This document shows, one piece after another, positions 1 to 7,113 of a DNA stretch of 24,000 nucleotides. This DNA is from Thiogranum sp. Its GTDB lineage: Bacteria; Pseudomonadota; Gammaproteobacteria; DSM-19610. The notes beneath the pieces are model-generated. The model searched no databases. It had not been told where the DNA came from and saw nothing but the letters and a program-made list of their open reading frames with translations. The stretch lies in assembly GCA_030148775.1 (NCBI GenBank), contig JASBST010000020.1, positions 102,674 through 126,673 of the forward strand. Reading direction: 5' to 3'. The translations under genes were made by a program, and so were the position numbers. Numbering within the stretch: the first letter of the stretch is position 1; each line of letters starts with the position of its first letter.

Positions 1-1229
1 GAGGCGGCGCCGCCGCCGCGCTTAGAGCGTGGCGAAGGCGCCTGGCGCTGCTTGAACACCGGCTCGGCGCGTATCGAGGGATCGGGCGCAAAGCCCTCGA
101 TGATTTCTTTGGGGATTTCCTGTTGGATCAGTTTTTCTATGCCACGCAAAAAGGCGTGTTCATCGATACACACCAGAGATATCGCCTCACCGGCATTGCC
201 GGCGCGCCCGGTGCGCCCGATACGGTGTACATAGTCTTCCGCGATATTCGGCAATTCGAAGTTGACCACGTGCGGCAACTGATCGATATCCAGGCCGCGG
301 GCGGCGATATCGGTGGCCACCAGCACCCGCACGGCGCCGCGCTTGAAATCGGCCAGCGCGCGGGTGCGCGCGCCCTGGCTTTTATTGCCGTGAATCGCCG
401 CGGCGGTGATGCCGTCCTTCTCCAGCTGTCCGGCCAGACGGTTGGCGCCATGCTTGGTGCGGGTGAACACCAGCACCTGGTGCCAGTTATTCGAACCGAT
501 CAAATACGACAACAGCTGTGGCTTGCGCACCCGGTCCACCGGATGCACCCGCTGCGTCACAGTCTCCACAGTGGTGTTACGCCGCGCGACTTCGATGTGC
601 ACGGGGTCGTGCAGCAGGCCGCTGGCCAGTTGCCGAATTTCATCGGAGAAGGTTGCTGAAAACAGCAGGTTCTGCCGTCCCTCGCGCCCGATCGGCGGCA
701 GCAGGGCGAGGATTTTACGAATATCGCGAATGAACCCCATGTCGAGCATGCGATCGGCTTCGTCCAGGACCAGAATGTCCAGTTGCGACAGGTCGACGGT
801 TTTCTGACCGATGTGATCGAGCAGCCGTCCCGGCGTGGCGATAAGAATATCCACGCCGCGCCGCAGTTGCGAAATCTGCGGGTTGATGCTCACCCCGCCG
901 AAAATGATGGCCGAGCGCAGCGGCAGGTATTTGCCGTAAGTGGCGACACTTTCGCCCACCTGGGCAGCCAGTTCACGCGTCGGTGTGAGAATCAGCGCGC
1001 GTACCGGGGCCTTCTTGCCCGCGGCGCGGGGTTGCTGCTGCAACCGGTGCAACAGCGGCAGGGTGAACCCCGCCGTCTTGCCCGTACCGGTTTGCGCGCC
1101 GGCCAGCACATCGCTGCCCTGGAGGATGACCGGGATGGCCTGGCGCTGCACCGGCGTGGGTTCGCTGTAGCCTTCCTCGGACACAGCACGAACCAGTTCG
1201 GCCGTCAGGCCGAGTTCGGAAAACGACAT
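1..1229 (-). CDS. rhlE: ATP-dependent DEAD-box RNA helicase RhlE (3' end beyond left edge of window)
   Basis: Absent from the ORF track because it runs off the window. Reverse-complement translation from the ATG (CAT at 1227-1229) reads [33 protein letters not shown]. It then shows AQTGTGKT (motif I), PTRELA (Ia), [13 protein letters not shown] (DEAD box), SAT (III), [11 protein letters not shown] (V) and [10 protein letters not shown] (VI). A basic tail (...RSKRGGGAA) follows, with no stop before position 1. AGGAG lies about 11 nt upstream of the ATG. The + strand ORFs 123..659 and 783..1298 are antisense artefacts. Confidence 0.9.
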   Translation of the reverse strand, partial: MSFSELGLTAELVRAVSEEGYSEPTPVQRQAIPVILQGSDVLAGAQTGTGKTAGFTLPLLHRLQQQPRAAGKKAPVRALILTPTRELAAQVGESVATYGKYLPLRSAIIFGGVSINPQISQLRRGVDILIATPGRLLDHIGQKTVDLSQLDILVLDEADRMLDMGFIRDIRKILALLPPIGREGRQNLLFSATFSDEIRQLASGLLHDPVHIEVARRNTTVETVTQRVHPVDRVRKPQLLSYLIGSNNWHQVLVFTRTKHGANRLAGQLEKDGITAAAIHGNKSQGARTRALADFKRGAVRVLVATDIAARGLDIDQLPHVVNFELPNIAEDYVHRIGRTGRAGNAGEAISLVCIDEHAFLRGIEKLIQQEIPKEIIEGFAPDPSIRAEPVFKQRQAPSPRSKRGGGAA

Positions 1230-1690
1230 CTTGGATATTGCTCCTGGAATGGCCTGCACGGGGGGTGCCCGGGTCGGTCTAGGCGGAATTCACGTTAGGT
1301 AAAAGGGGATCGGGGCAGGCGGAAAGACCTTGCCGCGATGTCACGACGCTGACCGAAGGGCGCCGGAACTCGCGCATTGTAACAGGCTGTGAATTTTGCC
1401 GCCGACTTTTTTGCTCTAGCCGCTAAAGTCCCGCCGAACGCCTGCCGAGAAGGACGACGCCTGGAAAAGTCTGTGTAATCAATAAGATTCAAACAATATT
1501 TTTACAGATGAGAGGAATTCGTTATGAAACTGACAAATTGGTCAATGAAGGGGCGGAAGATGGTTGGGGCGAGGGCTTTTGGGCGTTCGGCCGCATCAAT
1601 CCAACGCGGGTTTTGTGACTGTCCGATAACGGCGTGGCGCCAAGCGCGAGCCGAAGCAACCGGCGCCGACATGGGGAACGGAGGTGAATC

Positions 1691-3337
1691 ATGGCTTGGC
1701 TGAACCAGCTCTCCCTGCGCAGCAAACTGCTGATACCCATCGCCATCGTTGCGCTGGCGCTGTTGAGCCTGATGTTGGTCTCGTTGCGGGAAACCAGCAG
1801 CATCAATCTCAAATCGCGCGAGATCGCCCGAATTCATCTGCCCAATATCGACGCGCTGATGCATGCCGATCGTGATCTCTATCATGCGTTGGTGGCAGAG
1901 CGCAGTCTGATGTTCGGTGACGCGCATTCGGCCGAATTCGCGGCGCTGAAGGCCGAATACGAAGATAATGTGCAGCGTGCGGGCGAGCGCATGGAGGAGT
2001 ACGCGAAGCGCTCCCGCGATCCGGACACGCGCGCCACAGTCGCGCGGTTCCACGAACTCCACGCGGCCTGGGAAAAAGCCAGCGGGCAAGTGGTGGCGGA
2101 TCTCGCCAGTGGCGAGGCCGCTGCACACCAACGCGCCGTGGCGCTGAGCTTCGGTGACGCCAGCCGTCTGTTCGACAAGATGCACGCGGTGCTCAAGGGC
2201 CTGATTCAGGACGAACTCAGGCTCACCGATACGGCGCGGCTGGACAGCGACCGGGTGGTCGACGAGGGCCGGCGGGTGATTCTCGGCGCCGGTATCGGCG
2301 GGCTGATAATCTGTCTGGCGTTGATGTGGATCTTCCCCGCGCTGATCCTGCGACCGGTGCGCAGGCTGATCGCCCACATGCAGGACATTGCCGACGGCGA
2401 CGGCGACCTCACGGCGCGGTTGAAGCATGATTCGCGCGATGAGTTGTGCCTGCTGGCCGCGGCGTTCAACCGTTTCCTCGATAAACTGCATGCCACCATC
2501 AGCCAGGTGGGAGTTACCGCCAACGCACTGGACGTGGCCGCCGCCCGGCTCGCCGAGGTGGCTGCGGAAAGTCACCGCACCGTGGGGTCGCAATTGAATG
2601 AAATCGATCAGGTGGCCACGGCGATGAACCAAATGACCGCGACCATTCACGAAGTGGCCGCCAACGCCAGCAACGCCGCCGAAGGCGCCGGCGAGGCGGA
2701 TGCTCAGGCGCGCGCCGGCCAGGGCGTGGTGAGCGACGCACTGCAGGTGATCAAGGAGCTGGCCGGCGAGGTACAGAGCAGTGCCGACGTGATCCGCCAA
2801 TTGGAGAGCGAAAGCGCCGATATCGGTGCCGTGCTGGACGTGATTCGCGGTATCGCCGAGCAGACCAATCTGCTGGCGCTGAATGCCGCCATCGAGGCGG
2901 CGCGGGCCGGCGATCAGGGTCGGGGCTTTGCGGTGGTCGCCGACGAAGTGCGTACCATGGCGTCGAAAACCCAGGATTCGACCGGGGAGATCGAGGCGAT
3001 TATTCAGTCGCTGCAGGATCGCGCCGCCGCCGCCGACCGGGCGATGGCCTCCGGTTGCGATAAAGCCGAAATCAGTGTCGCCAAGGCGGGGGTCGCCGGC
3101 GAGGCGTTGGCGGACATCGCGCGTGCCGTGGCGCGCATCAACGACATGAATACTCAGATCGCCAGCGCCGCCGAGGAACAGAGCGCTGTCAGCGAGGAGA
3201 TCAACCGCAACACGGTGAGCATTCACGACCTGGCGGAACGCTCCGCGCAGGCGGGCCAGACGACCGCGGAGGAGGCGGCGCAGTTGCAACGGCTCGCCGG
3301 CGAGGTGCAACAGCGTATGCAGCAGTTCAAGTTGTGA
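1691..3337 (+). CDS. Methyl-accepting chemotaxis protein (four-helix-bundle sensor, HAMP, MCP signalling domain)
   Basis: 548-aa ORF with GGAGG 6 nt upstream of the ATG. Two TM segments ([18 protein letters not shown]; [25 protein letters not shown]). HAMP-like region ([24 protein letters not shown]...FNRFLDKL). Highly conserved MCP hairpin tip ([32 protein letters not shown]). No C-terminal NWETF-type pentapeptide. Confidence 0.9.
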   Translation: MAWLNQLSLRSKLLIPIAIVALALLSLMLVSLRETSSINLKSREIARIHLPNIDALMHADRDLYHALVAERSLMFGDAHSAEFAALKAEYEDNVQRAGERMEEYAKRSRDPDTRATVARFHELHAAWEKASGQVVADLASGEAAAHQRAVALSFGDASRLFDKMHAVLKGLIQDELRLTDTARLDSDRVVDEGRRVILGAGIGGLIICLALMWIFPALILRPVRRLIAHMQDIADGDGDLTARLKHDSRDELCLLAAAFNRFLDKLHATISQVGVTANALDVAAARLAEVAAESHRTVGSQLNEIDQVATAMNQMTATIHEVAANASNAAEGAGEADAQARAGQGVVSDALQVIKELAGEVQSSADVIRQLESESADIGAVLDVIRGIAEQTNLLALNAAIEAARAGDQGRGFAVVADEVRTMASKTQDSTGEIEAIIQSLQDRAAAADRAMASGCDKAEISVAKAGVAGEALADIARAVARINDMNTQIASAAEEQSAVSEEINRNTVSIHDLAERSAQAGQTTAEEAAQLQRLAGEVQQRMQQFKL

Positions 3338-3382
3338 CGTTTCAGCAGACCTGTGACCGCCCGTGGCCGGTTCGAAGGCTGT

Positions 3383-4861
3383 TCAATAAGGGCCGGCGCG
3401 TGCGTGATCGAGTCGCCGCACGAAATCGCCCATGATGATGCGGTACAACTCGTCGTCCAGATAGGCGTCTTCCACGCCGCTGTCGATCGACGGGTTGTCG
3501 TTGATCTCGATCACCACCGCCCGCTGGCCGCTGGTTTTGATGTCGACCCCGAACAGACCGTCGCCGATCAGGCGCGCGGCCCGGGTGGCGATTTTGCAGA
3601 CCTCGCGCGGTACGTGCTGGATGCCGACCGTTTCCGCGTTGCCGCTGCGGTACTTGCTGGCCGCGTGGTTGTAGATCTGCCAGTGACCGCGCGCCATGTG
3701 GTACTTGCAGGCGTAAATGGGCCGGTGGTTGAGAATGCCGATACGCCAATCGTAATCGGTCGGCATGAACTCCTGCAGCAGAACGATGGCCGAGCGCTGG
3801 AACATGTTCTCCACACCCTGGCGCAGTTCCTCGACGCTGTCCGCCTTCTCCACGCCGATAGAAAAGGATCCGTCGGGGATTTTCATGATCAGGGGGAAGC
3901 CCATCTCCGTTTCGAGCTGGGCATAGTTCACCGGCTGGTCGCGCAACAGCAACTGGGTCACCGGTTGGGGGATATTGTGGGTATCCAGCAACTCGTTGAG
4001 AAATACCTTGTTGGAACAGCGCAGAATGGCCTCGGGCGCGTCGATGACCGTCAGGCCTTCGTGTTCGGCGTGTTTGGCGAAGCGGTAGGTGTGGTGGTTG
4101 ACCGCCGTGGTTTCGCGGATGAACAAGGCGTCGTACTCGGCCAGACGGCCGAAATCATCGGGCGTGATCAGTTCGACGTCCAGCCCGAGTTTGCCGCCGG
4201 CGCGGATAAATTTGTTCAGCGCGGCGCGGTTGCTGGGCGGCAGCGCTTCGTCCGGATTGTGCAGTATCGCCATGTCATAGCGGTTGCGCCGTCGCAGGCG
4301 CGGGCGTCGCCAGACGCGTTTGCAGAATGCGTCCAGACTGTCGCCGAACAGCGTCTGCTCGGCGTTGTCGAGCTCCTGCAGGTTGCCAAAACGCACGCCC
4401 ACCACTTTCCACTCCGGCGTGCCGGAAAGCTGCACGCGCAGAATCGGCGCGCTGTAACGCTCGAACAGCGAGCGGGCGAAGGCGGCCAGTTCGGCCACGT
4501 CGCACTTGCCAAAAACGATCAGCAGTTCCAGATTGTCGACATCGCTCATGCCGAGCTTGCGTAAATAGGCCTCGATGGCGCGTTCCAGCTCGTTGTCGAA
4601 CAGGCGGTAGTGGGCGAAGTTGTGCAGATCGTTGATGGTACTGACCGCGGGGATGACCTTCTCCCCCCTGGCCTCACCGAGCAGCGAGCAATAATAGCCG
4701 GTGCCAAGGTATTCAAGACCGCTGCAAAGATTGATTATGTAGCCCGGTTTTTGCTCCGTTTGCGTCTGCTGCAGATAATCCTGCGCCGTAATGACGTTCT
4801 CGCTGGGATAATACGGCGACCAGGCGGCGGCATCATCGACGATGATGCGGAATTGTTTCAT
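3383..4861 (-). CDS. RimK-family ATP-grasp amide ligase with a ~190-aa N-terminal extra domain (RLAN-like)
   Basis: 492-aa ORF. The C-terminal ~300 aa carries ATP-grasp/RimK motifs: FPLIMKIPDGSFSIGV (ATP-binding Lys region), VLLQEFMP, and GVDIKTSGQRAVVIEINDNPS (Mg-binding E-x-N). The N-terminal ~190 aa (MKQFRIIVDDAAAWSPYYP...GYYCSLLGEARG...) has no counterpart in E. coli RimK. ATG at 4861 with GAGG about 13 nt upstream. Confidence 0.85.
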   Translation of the reverse strand: MKQFRIIVDDAAAWSPYYPSENVITAQDYLQQTQTEQKPGYIINLCSGLEYLGTGYYCSLLGEARGEKVIPAVSTINDLHNFAHYRLFDNELERAIEAYLRKLGMSDVDNLELLIVFGKCDVAELAAFARSLFERYSAPILRVQLSGTPEWKVVGVRFGNLQELDNAEQTLFGDSLDAFCKRVWRRPRLRRRNRYDMAILHNPDEALPPSNRAALNKFIRAGGKLGLDVELITPDDFGRLAEYDALFIRETTAVNHHTYRFAKHAEHEGLTVIDAPEAILRCSNKVFLNELLDTHNIPQPVTQLLLRDQPVNYAQLETEMGFPLIMKIPDGSFSIGVEKADSVEELRQGVENMFQRSAIVLLQEFMPTDYDWRIGILNHRPIYACKYHMARGHWQIYNHAASKYRSGNAETVGIQHVPREVCKIATRAARLIGDGLFGVDIKTSGQRAVVIEINDNPSIDSGVEDAYLDDELYRIIMGDFVRRLDHARAGPY

Positions 4862-4916
4862 CGATTTCGGAGCGCCTCGTCAGAGTTTGCGACGGCGGCC
4901 AATGTCGCACCAAAGA

Positions 4917-4934
4917 CAAGCGCTGGCAAGCGCT
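4917..4934. promoter_or_regulatory. Tandem 8-nt direct repeat CAAGCGCT-gg-CAAGCGCT, giving two AGCGCT palindromes 10 bp apart, in the divergent intergenic region. Candidate operator.
   Basis: Read directly: CAAGCGCT at 4917-4924 and again at 4927-4934. Each contains the self-complementary hexamer AGCGCT, and the centres are one helical turn apart. The repeat lies 56-73 nt upstream of the ligase ATG. It could also fold as an AAGCGC/GCGCTT hairpin. Function not demonstrated. Confidence 0.25.
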
Positions 4935-5027
4935 TTTAACCGACGACGCCCGCCGGTCCCGCATGCCGCCGGCCGGCGCCGGGCGAGCGACCACCCGGGG
5001 GCGCGCCGCGGAGCAGAAAAGACTTCC

Positions 5028-5050
5028 ATGCGGCCCGCTTCAGGCCGCAT
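5028..5050 (+). other. Perfect 8-bp stem / 7-nt loop hairpin in the leader of the GNAT-peptidase gene
   Basis: ATGCGGCC (5028-5035), loop cgcttca, GGCCGCAT (5043-5050). The stem contains the in-frame ATG at 5028 and abuts the in-frame ATG at 5052. The structure is certain from the sequence; the role is unknown. Confidence 0.3.
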
Positions 5051-5081
5051 TATGGGCGTCTCAGATAAAAGTTCTTTACCC

Positions 5082-6230
5082 ATGATTCGTACCGCCACCC
5101 TGGATGATCTCGACGCACTGCTGGCCCTGGAGCAGCAGGGCTTCGAGGAAGACCGTATCAGCCGGCGCCAGTTCCGTCATCTGCTCACCCGCGCCAACGC
5201 CACCGTGCTGGTCAAGCTGGACGAGGCGCAGGCGCTGGTGGGCAACACCGTGGTGTTGTTTTCACGCGCAACATCGGTGGCGCGGCTCTATTCGCTGGCG
5301 GTGGCGGCGCAGGCGCGTGGCCAGGGCGTGGCCACCGCCCTGGTGCACGCGGCCGAGCAGGCCGCCTGGGCCAGACGTCGTGCCTATATTCGCCTGGAGG
5401 TGCGCAAGGACAATGCGCGGGCGATGGCCTTGTATGAGCGCCTCGGCTATCGCCGCTTTGGCGAGTGGGTCGACTACTATGACGATCACGCCGATGCCTG
5501 GCGCTACGAGAAGTCGCTGTCTCCCGAGCTGCGGCCTTCCCTGCGCGAAGTCTCGTGGTATGAACAGAGCCTAGAGTTCACCTGCGGTCCGGCGGCGCTG
5601 ATGATGGCCATGGCCACCCTGAATCCGGCTCTGAAGCCGAGCCGCAAGCTGGAATTGCGCCTGTGGCGGGAGGCGACCACCGTTTTCATGACTGCCGGGC
5701 ACGGGGGATGCGGTCCCTATGGGCTGGCGCTGGCGGCGGCTCAGCGCGGTTTTGACGTGCGCGTGTATGTCAGCGGCAAGGGTGTGCACCTGGTGGACTC
5801 GGTGCGTGGCGAGGATAAAAAAGAAGTCATGCGTCTGGTTCAGGAAGATATGCGCGATCAGCTGCGCGCGCTGCAGGTGCCGGTGATCCATGCTGCCATG
5901 TCGCTGAAAAAAATGGAGGCCGAGTTCGCCGCCGGGGCGATTCCGCTGGTCCTGATCTCGTCGTGGCAGATCTATGGCGAGCGTTTTCCCCACTGGGTGG
6001 TGGTCAGCGGGTTCGATGCCAGCTTCGTCTATGTGAATGACCCTTATGTGGATTACGATGCCGGCGAAACGGCGCTGGATTCCATTTCCATGCCGATCGC
6101 GCGCGAGCGCTTCGCCGCGATGGCGCGCTATGGGCGCGTCAAACTTCAGGCTGTGGTGATGTTGGCCGCCGGTAGTAAGAAGGATTCCGGTGTCACCGGC
6201 GACGCCAAGCCTATGGTGAATGAGAAATAA
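5082..6230 (+). CDS. Two-domain protein: GNAT N-acetyltransferase fused to a C39/papain-like cysteine peptidase domain
   Basis: The ORF track gives 4842..6230, but its first 80 codons are Arg/Pro-rich and overlap the divergent ligase start. A typical GNAT N-terminus, MIRTATLDDLDALLALEQ, begins at ATG 5082. In-frame alternatives at 5028 and 5052 cannot be excluded, and there is no strong SD. GNAT acetyl-CoA motif A: LAVAAQARGQGVATALV. The C-terminal domain has the Gln/Cys/His/Asp set of C39-type peptidases: QSLEFTCGPAALMMAM, FPHWVVVSG, VYVNDP. Confidence 0.8.
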   Translation: MIRTATLDDLDALLALEQQGFEEDRISRRQFRHLLTRANATVLVKLDEAQALVGNTVVLFSRATSVARLYSLAVAAQARGQGVATALVHAAEQAAWARRRAYIRLEVRKDNARAMALYERLGYRRFGEWVDYYDDHADAWRYEKSLSPELRPSLREVSWYEQSLEFTCGPAALMMAMATLNPALKPSRKLELRLWREATTVFMTAGHGGCGPYGLALAAAQRGFDVRVYVSGKGVHLVDSVRGEDKKEVMRLVQEDMRDQLRALQVPVIHAAMSLKKMEAEFAAGAIPLVLISSWQIYGERFPHWVVVSGFDASFVYVNDPYVDYDAGETALDSISMPIARERFAAMARYGRVKLQAVVMLAAGSKKDSGVTGDAKPMVNEK

Positions 6231-6274
6231 TTTATATATCGATATTTTCGATACTATCGTGCAATAAATCTCGC

Positions 6275-6302
6275 TTGTTACGTATTATATTTCTCTTATA
6301 CT
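6275..6302 (+). promoter_or_regulatory. Candidate sigma70-type promoter for the dsrC/tusE-like gene
   Basis: TTGTTA (6275-6280), a 16-nt spacer, then TATACT (6297-6302). It sits inside the only strongly AT-rich ~100-bp island in this part of the window (6231-6332), about 30 nt upstream of AGGAG and ATG 6333. Confidence 0.3.
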
Positions 6303-6332
6303 CCATGGGTAAATCACTTTCAGGAGACGATC

Positions 6333-6698
6333 ATGTCCAGTGTTGAGAGTTGCCGGGCCCCCGAGGACATTGTTCTTGACGAACTTGAGCGCGACGAGGA
6401 AGGCTTTCTGCTCGACGCCCACGACTGGCATCCGGGCCTGATCGAGCCGCTGGCAGCCGAGAGCGGACTGGAATTGACGCCCGAGCGGCTGGAGATCATT
6501 CGCTATATTCGCGAGTATTTCGAGACCAACATGAGTGTTCCGGAAGCCCGCGTGCTGCTCAAACATCTGCGCCAGATCGCCGGCGAGGAGAAAGCCACCC
6601 GACGCTATCTCTATCAGCTGTTCCCGCGCGGTTACGGCCAGCAGGCATGCAAGATCGCCGGCATGCGCAAGCCGCGCAAACTGATGTTGGACGTTTGA
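6333..6698 (+). CDS. DsrC/TusE-family sulfur-relay-like protein, atypical C-terminus (no penultimate Cys)
   Basis: 121 aa with AGGAG upstream. Family-typical core: EEGFLLDAHDWHPGLIEPLAAESGLELTPERLEIIRYIREYFE...VPEARVLLKHL...LYQLFPRGYGQQACKIAGMRKP. It ends in RKLMLDV instead of the canonical PKPTGCV. Confidence 0.85.
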   Translation: MSSVESCRAPEDIVLDELERDEEGFLLDAHDWHPGLIEPLAAESGLELTPERLEIIRYIREYFETNMSVPEARVLLKHLRQIAGEEKATRRYLYQLFPRGYGQQACKIAGMRKPRKLMLDV

Positions 6699-6699
6699 T

Positions 6700-6730
6700 C
6701 CGCGCCTCGGCGGCGGGCGCGGCTATTTTT
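6700..6730 (+). terminator. Candidate rho-independent terminator between the convergent genes
   Basis: CCGCGCC (6700-6706) pairs perfectly with GGCGCGG (6716-6722) around a 9-nt loop. This is followed by CTATTTTT (T-run 6726-6730). It starts 2 nt after the dsrC-like stop. The T-run overlaps the last codons of the convergent EncFtn-like gene. Confidence 0.45.
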
Positions 6731-7019
6731 CCTCGAGGTCGGCGATTGGCGCCTCGGTGAACAGATAGTCGCGCAGCTCCTTGTCGAGCCGCGCATCGCG
6801 GCGGCGCAACCATTCGAGCACCATCGCCGCGTGTTCCTTCTCCTCGTCGCGGTTGTGCGCCAGAATGGCCTTGAGTTCCGGATCCTTGCACGCATCCACG
6901 CGCTGGTTGTACCAGTCGACGGCTTCCAGCTCTTCCATTAAAGAGACGATGGCGCGGTGGAAATCGCGGGTCTCGTCACTCAGTTCCTCGATGGGTTCGT
7001 GATAGCCTTCGTTACTCAT
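6723..7019 (-). CDS. Encapsulated-ferritin-like (EncFtn family) ferritin-like protein, apparently not encapsulin-associated
   Basis: Near-diagnostic EncFtn core: HEPIEELSDETRDFHRAIVSLMEELEAVDWYNQRVDACKDPELKAILAHNRDEEKEHAAMVLEWLRR. The Glu/Glu/His ferroxidase ligands are in the EELEAV and EEKEH motifs. The ORF-track start at 7046 is a GTG. ATG 7019 (MSNEGYHEP...) has GGAAGG about 10 nt upstream and is preferred. Confidence 0.85.
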   Translation of the reverse strand: MSNEGYHEPIEELSDETRDFHRAIVSLMEELEAVDWYNQRVDACKDPELKAILAHNRDEEKEHAAMVLEWLRRRDARLDKELRDYLFTEAPIADLEEK

Positions 7020-7113
7020 TTTTGCTGTGCCTTCCCGTTTCGCCACGGCACAGGACCTGCGCCCGTAGCAAAAGTATACAGCATGCGCCGTCGCCGGCTA
7101 GAGCCACCGCGCA

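Noticed and set aside
1524-1703. 59-codon ORF (MKLTNWSMKGRKMVGARAFGRS...) with GAGG upstream, overlapping the MCP start.
   Set aside because: No recognisable motif or hydrophobic segment, and the composition is unlike the real genes here. It ends by overlapping the MCP ATG out of frame. Most likely a chance ORF in the leader, though this cannot be excluded without conservation data.
1502-3310. 602-aa minus-strand ORF antisense to the MCP gene. The same class includes: 3353..4564(+), 10127..11146(-), 12225..13019(-), 13089..14066(-), 14670..15602(-), 16813..17940(-), 20486..21697(-), 21788..22591(-), and 123..659 / 783..1298(+) opposite rhlE.
   Set aside because: Each lies exactly opposite a gene with clear family motifs. 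Their translations are Arg/Ala/Gly/His/Pro-rich with no recognisable motifs. Long stop-free antisense frames are expected in GC-rich DNA. None has a convincing SD or an independent boundary.
3338-3382. Convergent gap between the MCP and ligase genes, examined for a bidirectional terminator.
   Set aside because: Only weak, imperfect complementarity (ggccgg...ggccgg is direct, not inverted) and no T-run. No terminator can be supported.
4842-5081. 80-codon N-terminal extension of the GNAT-peptidase ORF as given in the ORF track (MMRNCFIDFGAPRQSLRRRP...).
   Set aside because: It overlaps the divergent ligase start codon and is Arg/Pro-rich low complexity. The GNAT fold begins with a textbook N-terminus at 5082. 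Similar over-extended track starts were trimmed for 11352 (GH15), 15298 (permease-GldG), 21216 (DUF4381-like), 9929 (zwf, TTG) and 7046 (EncFtn-like, GTG).
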